DNA from: Rhodosorus marinus CCMP1338
Taxonomy: Eukaryota; Plantae; Rhodophyta
Reading direction: 5' to 3'
DNA length: 64,000 nt
Assembly (NCBI GenBank): GCA_029953675.1
Contig: JAMWBK010000005.1
Location: 1,302,001 to 1,366,000, forward strand
Made by a program: the position numbers and the translations under genes. Positions within the stretch are counted from its first letter, which is position 1, and every line of letters begins with the position of its first letter. The notes beneath the pieces were generated by a model, which saw only the letters and a program-made list of their open reading frames with translations, did no database searches and was not told where the DNA came from. This document shows, one piece after another, positions 11,422-22,937 of the stretch.

Positions 11422-12618
11422 TAGTTGTTCATGCGTATGACCTCTCAGAGCCTTGTGCCCTTCTGTTGCGCTTTTGTTGAACCAGATATGCCTGCGTGCG
11501 ATACTACCTTCGCGGAAAAGTACTGCTCTTCGATACATTGTTTGAGGAAGCTGAGAGGGCTGAGATAAGAAGAAAAGACAGGGACGTTTAGTAGCAACCG
11601 AAAGACTGTACTCGAGCTCTTTCTGTTGTGTGTCCTTGGGTCGTTCTGGAGACCGTGATATTGGCATTTGTACATCTTCGGTTTTGAAAATTCGGGCAGG
11701 GGATCTTGGCGAATGACCTTGAGGATGGCTAGTCCGGATCAAGTCGAAATCCGGCTCTCCCCTGCTTGTACAACGAGCTCAATTGACTGTCCCTGAACGT
11801 GCGTGTCGAACAACTGCTTTTTGCCCTTTTTGAGACCAGTTTGCGAAGGGGGTAGTGGGGTTGGAGTGTCTTCCCGGGAGCAACAGGTCACCGAAGTGAT
11901 AGCATGACCAGGGAAAACCGACGAGGCTACACCCCAAATAAATACACAGTTTTTTTGTAAACATGCTCTTGCGTCAGTCCGTGGAAAGAGTGCCGCAAAG
12001 ACTTCCACAAAACGGACTTCAGCCCCTCTCAATTGGCTCTCCCTCTCCTGCTCCTCCCAAATGGCTCTCCCTCTCGTGCTCTGGAGACCTTCCCACAATA
12101 GTAACCACTACCCCTGCCGATGGGCAGGTCAAACGCTGAATTAGCCTAATCTCGTTGCCTCCTCGCAACTTGCGTCCCTGTCCAGATTTAGCGTATGTTC
12201 AGTCCCTCTCCAAAGTCCAAATGTTCATTGCCCGACTCTGCTAGTCCTCAGCTTCGCCCGGCCTCCAGCGGGACAGACTACAGTGTCCCAGTATCCCCCT
12301 CCAGGACGAACATGTTGTTTTGAAAATTATTATAAGGTTTTTGGGACGTCCCATGTTGTTGTCCCAATAAATTCGGCGGCGTGATCGGATCTCATGCTTG
12401 TTCAATGAATGGCTGAGCACGCTTGAAGTGGTTAGGCTGGTCAGCGGGCTGGTCAGAGGGAGACTGAGTCTCCAGGTGCTTCTTGGAGTGTAAAGGTATA
12501 ACTGAACTGATGCTATTAAAAAGCTGAAGATCTGCAAGTTGTTGTACCGCGCCATTGTTTGCTGTGGAAGAGTTTTCAGCTTTCTTCTTCAGGACTTTTG
12601 GGTTTGGGAAGTATTGAG

Positions 12619-14618
12619 ATGGCGATCGGGTTCTTGGTTTGTCTGAACCCTTTCGTTAGGGGTTCGGATGTCCGCGGAGGTATTGTTGGGAGATACAGGA
12701 CTGGAATGAAACTTTCGGTGGCTAAGACTTCCATTGATGCTACTCTGCTGGCCGCGATGACCTGTGATGTGAGACAGGAACTGATTCCGTCGAGGGTTGA
12801 GGCGGTCTCGCAGAGAGAAAGTACCAAGGTAGCCCTGTGCCTGAGGACAGAGACCGGAAGGACCTGGTTAGATTTGTCATGGCGTTTGGGGACTGGTCGT
12901 GTGTGTAAAACTAGTAACGTACCTCCGCGAGGGAGGAAGGAGGAGGAGAAGAACTTCTCCCTCGGTGGTATTATGAGGTCGTCGTTGGTAGGCCTCGCAA
13001 TGGTCGACTGTCGACTTGCAACGGCTCTGGAGAGGACTGTCCGCCTTGATTTTGCCGAACGAATCGGTTCCGAACCAGTCTTCAGCGTTTTTGTTGAGCT
13101 CCTCGGCCCCGGGAGGAACAATCTGATACTTGCGGAGGTACCCAGCATGGAGATCAAAGGATGCGGCAGACAAGTTTCTGGTCGGAAAGCCATCAGAAGT
13201 CTTCAGACAGGGGATACGTACTCGCTCCCTTCTCCGCCTGCTTCTAGACTTCCGACGACGAGCGAGGAGCTCTCAGATTTCTGTGATCAGATCACCTCGC
13301 TCCGTGGTGAAACCCTGTCAAGAGCACTTGTCAGGTCGTACAGAGGTATATCGCCTTCCGTAGTAGAGAACATCCTGGGGGCATCACAAACGTCAGGTTC
13401 TGTTCTTGTTGAAACGCTGAGCAAGAGGGAACTGGAGCCATGCTACACGCTTTTCAAGAGATGGATCCGAGCAATGGCTGATGACAATTGTGAAGACTTC
13501 AGTCCCACGCTGGATGAGGAGGATCGCGTGGATGTCTTGAACTTCAGAGGAGGCGAGTCATCGAACACAGCTTGTGAGCTCGTGGATGTCTTTTGTACAG
13601 AGGAAGAATCATCCTCGGAGGTTGCTCAGCTGAAATCGAGTTGTTCTGCAAAGCTCAGCGGGCTAATGAAAAGGTGGAAAGCGAAAGCCGATCTGTTTCA
13701 ATCACAGTCAGAAGGACTGGACGAGTCTGAACGACTTCGTGAGGAGGCCGATATGATCATGGCTGCTGCGCATACCTGGCAAGAAGGATCAGAAACTGTG
13801 GAGTATGAAGAACTGGACGGTTCAGTGAAGTCATTTAAGATTCCACCGGGTGAGAGCGCGATAGGTGTTGCTAGGACGAAACACAAAAAGGCTCAGAAGA
13901 AGAAGAGAGCAATTGATAAGGTGAAACCGCTACTTGCGGAGGCGACCCAGAAGGTGGAGTATTATGAGACTATACTGTTCGAGCTTGAGAACCTCGGAGT
14001 CGAAGATATGGAGCTCCTGAAGGAACTCAAGCAGGACATCGAAACGCTCGTTGCAACAGAGAAGGGCATTGTGAAGAAGAAACAGAAGAACAGCAACGCT
14101 CCTCTCAACAAACAGAAACAGGCAACTAGCCATGCCATGAAGCAAGTCTACTCGTTCTCTGCCGAAGACGGCAGCGCAGTCGTCTATGTCGGGAGGAACA
14201 CTAGGCAGAATGATTTGGTACGTAAAACCGTCACGAAAAGGCTAAGCCATGTGCGTTTCCGCTAACAGCTCGGCTTTGCACGAATCTCTTCATCTTGAAC
14301 GTTAAGGTGACTTTCCAGATAGCGAAGAAGGACGACCTCTGGTTTCATGCCTCAGGAGTACCAGGGAGCCACGTTCTGCTTCAAGCGGGGCCTGGTGATA
14401 CGGTTGGGAAGGATGAGATCCAGCTCGCAGCAGATCTTGCAGCTTACTTCAGCAGAGGAAGGAAAGAATCTTCCCAGAGCGTCATCTACACACGGGCAAA
14501 GAACGTGCGGAGGGCTGGTGCTCCTGGCCTGGTCATCTATGAAAACGAAAAGTTCATATTCGGAAAACCGGATACTGTTGTCGCGCTGGTCGACAGCGAG
14601 AAGCAAGCCGCTGGTTAA
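12619..14618 (+). CDS. NFACT family ribosome quality control protein (RqcH/Rqc2/FbpA-like) with a plastid-type transit peptide
   Basis: NFACT-N (IDATLLAA, ERTVRLDF, VELLGPGRNNLIL), H2TH-like YRGISP, coiled coil, and NFACT-R (YVGRNTRQND|..KKDDLWFHASGVPGSHV, AADLAAYFSRGR); intron 14218-14306. Confidence 0.92.
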
Positions 14619-15499
14619 GGAAGGAATGCTTCCGCCTTGTGTGCTCTTTCGTCCGTTTGCGGGCTCTTGCTGAGATCATTGTCTCTGCAGTAGTCTAGCT
14701 CTTGAAGCTATTTCCAAATGATTTCTGCACCACAAACAGTAGTTGCTGTAGTTGCTGCATTTCACAGCTTGGAATGGTGGCCGCGAAAGAAGTAGAAATT
14801 GGTTCCTGTACCAATTGTTCATCTGTAGCACGTGTGCTGGTGGCGTGGCGGAATGAGTTGGAATTCTCGTGCCTTCCACTTGCGTCCTAGTATTCCAGTG
14901 CACCTAGCCGTTTGCGCCGAGGATGAGCGTTGGTCTTATCCTGGTAGTGCCAGGCACTTGTGCCCTTTAACCAGACGTAAGCAAGCGAGGCAGCTGCCCT
15001 GGAGCAGGTCAGGGATACGGGCCCTCACTCTACGCACAGCTAGGCGCTTGGAGGAGTGCGGCTCCGGAAAAATTAGTGGGACGGTAGAACAGATCAGGTC
15101 CTGCACGAAACGGAGAGGTCAACCATACTTGAATAGCATTGACCAGGCTCAGCATCCAATTGCAGAGCTATGCTTGTTCACGACTGAAAGAACGGTGGTT
15201 GTCTGAGATCCAGGTAACCGCTTCGAAGTCTCGAAACTACGAGAGCCATCGGGAGCCCGGGCTTGGGCTGTCAGCCGGATTGCTTTGGCTCAAGTCCGCT
15301 TTCATTGGGAAACCATTTCTCATTACTGAAGAGGGGAATTGCCACGCTGGGCCCGTTGAAGTCTTTCAGTTCTTAGAGAGACTTAAAATGCGTACATAGT
15401 TGTATGAAAGATGATACTATTTCGCTTACGCAACCGGATGCTTTATTATTGAAGCGTATTTACTTAAGAGTTGGATGATCAGTGAACGGCCGTGTCGAG

Positions 15500-16099
15500 T
15501 TATCGCTCAAATAAGTAGAATTCTTCCACAGGTGTGACCGGTCCTTCTGTTCTCTCGAAATCGCTTGCGTCAGCCCACCTCTCGTAGTTTTTCTCCTCCT
15601 CCAGTATTGATGCGTCTGAGATCTCCTGTTCTATGTACAGTTCCTGGACTGGAACGCCGAATCTCTCGAAGACTGCGCAGAGCCGACGCTCTTGAGGTTG
15701 GATATTCGACTTTTCCAAGAACGGTGGAGGGATGTCGACAACGTGGAAGTTCACATTCGTCTCATACTTTTGATACTGAGGCGGAATCCCTTGATTGTAC
15801 TCCTCCGTGACTTCGCAACGTTTATAGATTACTCCAGTGAACCTTACGAACGGACAACGCGCGTTCTCCGCGACCAGCCGTAGGAACTTTCGACCGCGTA
15901 GAAAACGTTTCAACCTTGCTACTTGAGCATCTTCGAGGCTAACTCCGGAGCTCCGAACCTCCACACCTTCCGACGCCTCGCCAAACTTGAATGTGTGAAT
16001 CTCCGACCGCATTCGTACCTCTGTCGTGGGAAAGCGGCAGCAACGTTTTCGGATAGGCGCTCTTCGAATACCTACAGGAGCTACTAAGAAGCCCATCAT
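15500..16099 (-). CDS. Hypothetical protein with a plastid-type transit peptide
   Basis: 199-aa ORF starting MMGFLVAPVGIRRAPIRKR (GF motif then a basic stretch); no domain recognised. Confidence 0.6.
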   Translation of the reverse strand: MMGFLVAPVGIRRAPIRKRCCRFPTTEVRMRSEIHTFKFGEASEGVEVRSSGVSLEDAQVARLKRFLRGRKFLRLVAENARCPFVRFTGVIYKRCEVTEEYNQGIPPQYQKYETNVNFHVVDIPPPFLEKSNIQPQERRLCAVFERFGVPVQELYIEQEISDASILEEEKNYERWADASDFERTEGPVTPVEEFYLFER

Positions 16100-17095
16100 C
16101 CAACTAAAACTTCAGTTTCCTCGTCTGTTCAAGAATTTCCTCCAAAGGAACCTGTTCACACAAGTGTCAGTATGCGATCTACATCAGAGCTAGCACTTCC
16201 CCCTAGCAGCCTTAGGCAAAGTCACCATTCTGAAACGCGAACTTGTTCAAGCTTATTAGTAGTCTTGTTCATTTCATCGCGAGATTTATGAAACGAAACT
16301 AAGTCTATGCAGCAAGAAGGAAGATCTGATCATGAGGAATGGTAGTCTAGAACTTATCGTCAGCCTCACGACCTCCTCTAGCATTTGCCTGTGTTGGGCC
16401 AATTCCCGATGCTCCTAAAGGTTGGAGTGGTTGACAAACAAAAACAACAGCATCGATGCATCGTGGGTTCTTCCATTCCGCAATGTCTCGTCTGCGTAAG
16501 CATGGATTTAGGTACACCTAGTCTGATGGATTCTTGAAGATCACACGTCGTATCGTTCAGGACAGTCCAGAAAATTCTCTGGCCCTAGTGTGTTATTGAT
16601 GTTTGAACCGAGCTCAGGTTGGGTGCTACCGGCTGCTGCACCAAGATGTGAGCCAAGCCCTGTTCTTGACGGAGGTGCCTGATGGGGGACTTGAAGAGCA
16701 ACTATCTTCGCCTCGGTCCGCTCACGGCAATAGGGCTGGAATTAGCTTGGCTAACGAAGCACATAGCGTCCGCCAACTCCTTTCATGACGCTAAGGTTTG
16801 AGACTCAAACGAAATGATTTGGCTCTTTACGACGCTTGCAAGCAAGCCATTTGGCTCTCCCTCACGTCCTTGTCTCACACAACCTGTGGGTAAAAAGATA
16901 ATTTACTTGCAGCGAGAGCTGTGGACAATACCACAGTCACTGACGCTGTAGAATTTCGATCCAAGAACAATACGTGGCAGCAGAGAAGACCGTCCGTCTC
17001 GTTTCGTCTCTGTCTTCCGTTGTGAGTTCCAAGCTCATGAGTCAATCAACAAACTTTGCCTTCCCTGTGGCGTGTTGTTGTTTTCCATTAGCTAA

Positions 17096-19091
17096 TCAGT
17101 AGTCAAAATTTCCCTCCTTGATCACTCGAGTACATTTGGCCATAACTTTCGAGCTCCTCGTAATCGGATCCGTCATGTAGAAATTGTCCAAGGGCGCGGC
17201 GAGGGGTACGCTTGAAACCGCAGCGGATCGACCCTCTGGGTCAACGCTGATCCCAGATCCGAACAATCTGCTTGGAAGAAAAATCAAGCTCAGCAACGGA
17301 TGACCTTGCAGCAAAGTCGGATGCAAGACTGGGAGAGAAACAAGTTTTCGTTTGAACTCGCTCTGTTTGTGCACTTGTGTACCTGTCTGAATCCTGAATA
17401 TCGCCAACCTTCTGTAGGTGCGGTGCTATTTTTCCTACTGTGGCTTCTGTGCGGTGGTCCCGAGAAGTTTCTTCGACGGGTCCAAGCAGACTCTTGAGCG
17501 CATCTGCATCGGACTTTCCGGAGCCCGGCGGGAAGAACGAAACTGAGGTCTTCTGAACTCGCCCCTCAGTGTTTACGAAAGTCGCTGCTTTCTCTGTATA
17601 AGCAGCCCCTGGTAGGACGAGATCCGCAAGCGACGCACCGTTGTCGCCATGGTGGCCTTGGTAAATCACAAAACAGTCATCAGGCAGCTCCATATTGTCG
17701 AGATCGTCCGCATTGAGCAGGAACAAGATTCGTGTCTTCTGCCATGGATTCGTCGGAGAATCCACGGTACGGAGACCCTGATACTTGTCTGCAACTCCAA
17801 TGTCCAAAGCCCCAACGGTGTTTGCGCCCATATGGAGTACATTGAATCCATCCCAGTCCTCCTTAATCATACCGAATTCGTCAGCAATTGTTCTCGCAAA
17901 ATTGAAAATAGCGTTGCCGTCGGCCCTTTGGAGAGCTCTATTGGAAACAACCAAGGAAGGCCTCTCGGCAGAGTCCAGGACACTGGAAAAGGGATGTTTC
18001 TTTTCCGCGATTTCTTTCAGTGCGCTCACTGAAGTGCCGAGGTGGTGATGAGGATAGGTCAATTTCATGGCGCAACCCACACTGGCCACAACTGTTCCGT
18101 TGTGAATCACACCCTTTCGAATTCTCGCGTTAACAATGGGGGCCTCTTTTCTTGGGTTTGTCCCTATCAGCAAGCAAGCATCTGACTGTTCAATTCCGGC
18201 GAGTGTCGAGTTGAACTTGTAGTTCTCCCTGAAGTCTGTAGAGATTGCCGGGGCTTGCTCTTGCAGGTGAACTTGACCGTTTGGAAACTTCTCGTACATC
18301 ATGTTCCTCAACGCAAGAAGAGCTTCTTCCTCGACGTATGGACCAACAATCGCGTGGACTTCAAACCCAACTCCTTCATACTTTCTCTCGATATTCATCA
18401 CAGCGTTTCGTAGAATGAAAGGAACTTTCTCCCATCCGATGCTCGCAAACTCACCGTTATTCATGCGCACCTTTAACAAAACAGATAACTGATGTCAACG
18501 AGTTGAATGAAAGCCTTTTATCGGATACGGTATTCAATACCATCGGAGTTGTGAGCCTTTGTCTCTTCAGGCCATCGTATGAGAAGCGTGACTTGTCGGA
18601 AATCCATTCTTCATTAACCGCCTCGTTGAGGCGGGGTAGCACTCTCATGATCTCCGTACCCCTAGTATCCTTCACAGTGGAAAAAGGTTGCAGGAACAAA
18701 AACAAAGACACCAATTAGTAGTTCGAAAATTATTCCATTCTCCTCTGTACCCTGCATGCTTTCTATTCACTAACGATTCGAACGTTGCTACCAACTCCAT
18801 CTAGAACATCGACGGATTCTACGGACTTCAACTCCCACGACCTCGACGTGAACGCGTACGGCTTCGAAGTGAGAGCACCAACAGCCTGAATTGGAACCTC
18901 CCCAGCTGCCACCGAACCTCTCAGACTCTACAAAAAAAGGTCAAAAAAAGGAACGTGCACAAGCCATATGAGCGGACAGGAGAAGGTCTAGGAAACAAAC
19001 CTGCGCGAGACCTAGACGCAGATGAACACTATCAACAACTGCCAAAGCTTACCCGTTCGAGAAGCGGGAGAAGACCACGAGCTCCACCCAT
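17096..19091 (-). CDS. NDUFS1: Mitochondrial complex I 75-kDa subunit, C-terminal (molybdopterin-oxidoreductase-like) half only, with its own presequence
   Basis: [94 protein letters not shown] and [19 protein letters not shown]. The modelled first exon [13 protein letters not shown] (ATG 19091, GTAAGC donor) splices in phase 0 to [19 protein letters not shown]. Confidence 0.9.
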
Positions 19092-19539
19092 GAATACACA
19101 AAAAAAAGCAAAAGAACGCTCCTTCCAAAACACAACCCTCCCTTCCCAACCCACCGTCGCCCACGAGCCCTCGAAACTCCCTCACAACCAGACGCTCAAC
19201 GAAATTTGTCCTCCAAACACTGTCTTATAGCCTCCCATACACTATCACCATTCTCTTTAAGGAGTCCACCAGTTCTCCCTCAAAGTCACAGCTCCCCTCC
19301 TCCCCCCCCCCTCCCACCAACCAATCCTTAGATCGTCATAGTGACCTCCGCCTTTTAAATCCTTCAGTACATGAAATTTCGATGGCCATTCTTTTTTTGC
19401 TTTGCTTTGGCCCTGTGCCTCAAAATTAACCAAAAAACAATCACCAGCGTTGGATCGGTAATCGAGTAACATTCGCCTTTTCTTGTAATCCTTGGCAGGT
19501 CGAGTCAAAAATAACTAAAAACAAAAATCTGGGGTCGAT

Positions 19540-19725
19540 GGGTCATTTCCGCTCTAGAGCAAAAAAAACGTCCGATTGCGTCCGATATGAGTTTGTCAGA
19601 TATGCAATTTGTAATAATTAGAAGGTTTTATCCTGTGGTTCGCGTCCGATATAGGTTTATCATACCTGAATTAGAAATTAAAAAGGCTTGTAACGGTCCG
19701 AAAACGACTTTTTTACGTCCGATAT
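19540..19725 (-). repeat. Dispersed copy of the GTCCGATA/TATCGGAC repeat family (same family as 58.8-59.4 kb)
   Basis: GTCCGAT at 19570, 19580, 19644 and 19717. The reverse complement aligns by eye with 58830-58996 (ttcagg..gataaa....tatcgga; tctga.aaac....tatcggacg.aatcggacgttttt...atgac). Confidence 0.75.
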
Positions 19726-20407
19726 CACCGGAGAAACCTCCTTCTCAACGGGTTCGACATGAACAGTCCCGTTTTCGCGAAACTCACTTCCCGTTAAGCG
19801 TCCTGTGCGATTCGATAGTGAAGCTCACACCAATACGCAATAGACACAATCCACTCAAGAACTCATCCGCCTCAAGAGCTTCACCGGTTGCCTTTTCTGC
19901 AAGTCTCCTCCCCTCTCTCACCTATCACCTGTAGCATAGATGAAGAGGACAGAGGTAGGGAGGGGCCGACCCTATCTGTGATACCCTGCTATCACCACTT
20001 GGACTTGAGAATATTAGAGATAGTGGCTATTGTACTGAGTCAGTCACCAGCTGTGTCCAGTGAGATCACCACGTCTCCTAGCATTTCAAGCTGTGGAAGT
20101 TTTCACATCACAACGACGATACACACGAGCTTAGATTCTTGACCTGTCCGGTCCTTATTTTTTTCCACTTGTCGCTAATCGGCGGTTGCCTAACTTTTAT
20201 CCATACAAATAGAAAAACCATTAAATTGATGTGACAGTCTGTCAAACCCAGAAATAATCACTATTCAATGTTACACCCAGAATTCCAACATTCTGGACCT
20301 GAGCATATTCTAAAAGACCATAAAAATTGTGTATGACAGCCTGTAAATCCCAGAAGTAATCATAATTCAATAAATGGGAGTGACAGCTTGTCATACGGAG
20401 GAGTGTT

Positions 20408-20899
20408 CCGCCGAAACAAAGTACTCAACGTACGAACAGGAGTTGTACGCGCTATCAACGGCAATCTTGCACTGGCGGGTGTACTTAGAGGGAACCCGAT
20501 TTACAGTGAGAACCGACCACAACCCGTTGAGATTCTTACACTCGCAGAAGGAGCTTACTAAACGTCAAGCGAGATACATAAACCGGTTGATGCCGTTGCA
20601 GTTCACTATCGAGTACAAGAAAGGCAAGGAGAATATCGCCGATGCGTTAAGTCGGCATGCCATCCAACACTTGGCAATTTCGTCGATCAACAGCGACCTC
20701 AACTGGCAGCATACTTCTGGTCTTCCCGGTACACCTCGCTGAATTCTGGGTCTTGGAGGTAAACCTGCTAAGAATCTCAACGGGTTGTGGTCGGTTCTCA
20801 CGGTAAATCGGGTTCCCTCCAAGTACGCCCGCCAGTGTAAGATTGCCGTTGATAGCGCGTACAACTCCTGTTCGTACGTTGAGTACTTTGTTTCGGCGG
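20408..20899. repeat. Inverted duplication in the gypsy RNase H: arms 20408-20538 and 20769-20899
   Basis: 131-bp arms with about 4 mismatches; the same peptide [30 protein letters not shown] is read on both strands. Confidence 0.95.
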
Positions 20900-21847
20900 C
20901 CGAAAATTCTTCGAAAAGTAGGCGACTGGGTGTTCGCCATCGTCAAATTTTTGAAGTAAGACAGCTCCAGCTCCTCTATTGCTCGCGTCCGTACACACGA
21001 TGAACCCTTTTCCGAAGTCAGGGTTGTGCAAAACTGGTTCGTTTGATAGTTTTGTCCGCAAACTATCGAAAGCTTTTTGCTGCCGTGCTCCCCACTGAAA
21101 CTTAACTCCCTTCTTTGTCAACTCTGTCAGCGGTGCCGCAATTAGGCTGAATCGCGATACGTAATTTCGTAGGTAGCCCGTAAAACCCAGAAAGGATCTG
21201 ACATCTTGAACATTCTTCGGGGTTCGCCAGTTTTTGAGAGCAGCTGCTTTGCCGGGGTCCGGTCGCCGTTTCCCGCTTCCAACTAGGTGATCCAAATACT
21301 TCGTCTCGGGAACTCCAAGAGTACACTTTGATAGCTTGGCAAACAATTTATGTTTGCGTACTTTGTTGAACACTATACCCAGGTGCCTTCGGTGTGTCTC
21401 CAGGTTCGGCGAATAAATGACGATATCGTCGAAGAAAATCATGACAAAGTCATTAAGCTCGTTGAAAAAGATGTGGTTCAAAAGTCTGGTGAACACTGCC
21501 GGTGCATTTGTCGGACCGAATGGCATGACAAGCCATTCGTATAGTCCGAATGGTGTTGTGAGTGCCGTCTTCTGGATATCCTCCTCTTTCACTCTTAGTG
21601 GCCAGTATCCACTCCGCAGATCGACCACACTGGGGTAAGATGCGGTACCCAACGCATCGAGGCAATCATCAATCCGCGGCGGATTCGTTTGATTCGCAAT
21701 TGTCTGCTGGTTCAATCTCCTGTAATCAATACACAGCCGCTTACCGCCATCTTTTTTGTCAACAAAAAGGCAGGGAGACGCGAAAGGAGATGAACTCGGC
21801 CGAATCAGCTTTCTCTGTAACAAGTTCTGTAGCTGTTCCTTTAGTTC

Positions 21848-22105
21848 CGTTTATTCAGAGGCTAACTACCCTGAGAAGCGAGAGACAAGACGCTGATAAC
21901 GCGCGTCCACAAACAAAGCAGAATTGGAGCGCCACAGGGTCAAAGAAAGCTCCGTTGAGCATACTATCTAAACGCCCTGGGTCGTTACGAAACAGAGCTC
22001 GCAGCCAGCGAGAACCTACACTATCTATCAAGCCAAAGCACTCAATAGTGAGGGGGACGAACCGGTATGTCACCGCCGAATCGCGAAAGGTAGGGTGTGA
22101 CATCA
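21848..22105 (-). mobile_element. 258-bp nested insertion in gypsy pol with an 8-bp target-site duplication; probable 3' end of an RLE-type non-LTR retrotransposon
   Basis: TTTAGTTC at 21840-21847 and 22106-22113. Removing the insert and one TSD copy restores [30 protein letters not shown]. The insert encodes FVPLTIECFG...VALQ and ends TGA-ATAAA. Confidence 0.75.
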
Positions 22106-22456
22106 TTTAGTTCGCGTTGGTCTGCGAGATTCTTCCGGTATGGTTGTTGAGCCACTGCTTCTGCTCCCGGTCGTAGCTCGATTTCAAAGTTAACCTCGCG
22201 CCATGGAGGTAGCTCATGAACTTCGTCGGCGAATACCGTTTCGTATGATGAGGTGATCCAAGCTTTCAACTCCATAGCTTCTTTCTTTCGTGTTGCTTCT
22301 TGGGTTTTCACATCAGGTTTCTCTTTGTCAATTTTTTCTGGTGTAACTTTTTCTGGTTTCTTTTGGGGTTGTGATATTCTGGTTTCAGGTATCATTCCGC
22401 CTGAGTTTAAGATCAGCATCTGGTTGGAGATGTCGACTCGCGCTTGATAGTTGCGC

Positions 22457-22937
22457 GGGAAGTCTTGTCCCAAGTATCCCGGGCTCGCCGCTTCTTCTAC
22501 GATATAGGGCTGCCACTCAAAGCAGTGATCACCTAGCTGTAAGTTTACGTTCACTTCGCCCAAAATCTCAATTGATGCTCCGGGGGCAGCGGTGTCCAAT
22601 CGCCCATGTTGAGTTGGGATTATCGGAGTGGCGTCTGGGATGCCCGGTAGGGCGGAATGGCTACTTCCGGTATCGATCAGGAGGGCCTGCTTCTTCCCAT
22701 TCAAGAACCCTGTGACCGTGAAGTTTGCACTGAAGGGAACCCGAACGCCTTTGTCAGCAACAGTGTCAGCGTAATCCCAACTCAACATGGGCGATAGGAC
22801 ACCGCTGCCCCAGGAGTATCAATTGAGATTTTGGGCGAAGTGAACGTAAACTTACAGCTAGGTGATCACTACTTTGAGTGGCAGCCCTATATCGTAGAAG
22901 AAGCGGCGAGCCCGGGATACTTGGGACAAGACTTCCC
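22457..22937. repeat. Inverted duplication at the gypsy gag/protease junction: arms 22457-22622 and 22772-22937
   Basis: 166-bp arms are reverse complements with about 4-5 mismatches, around a 149-bp spacer. Confidence 0.95.

Noticed and set aside
14676-17090. Possible multi-exon hypothetical genes at 14.7-15.4 kb and 16.2-16.9 kb (minus strand), also at 11.4-12.3 kb and 55.9-56.5 kb
   Set aside because: Only isolated open segments were found; I could not build consistent spliced models or recognise domains.
20230-20372. Two copies of about 40 bp of tgacag.ctgt.aa.cccagaa.taatca..attcaat
   Set aside because: Too short to assign; it does not match the putative 5' LTR, so it was not called as a 3' LTR.
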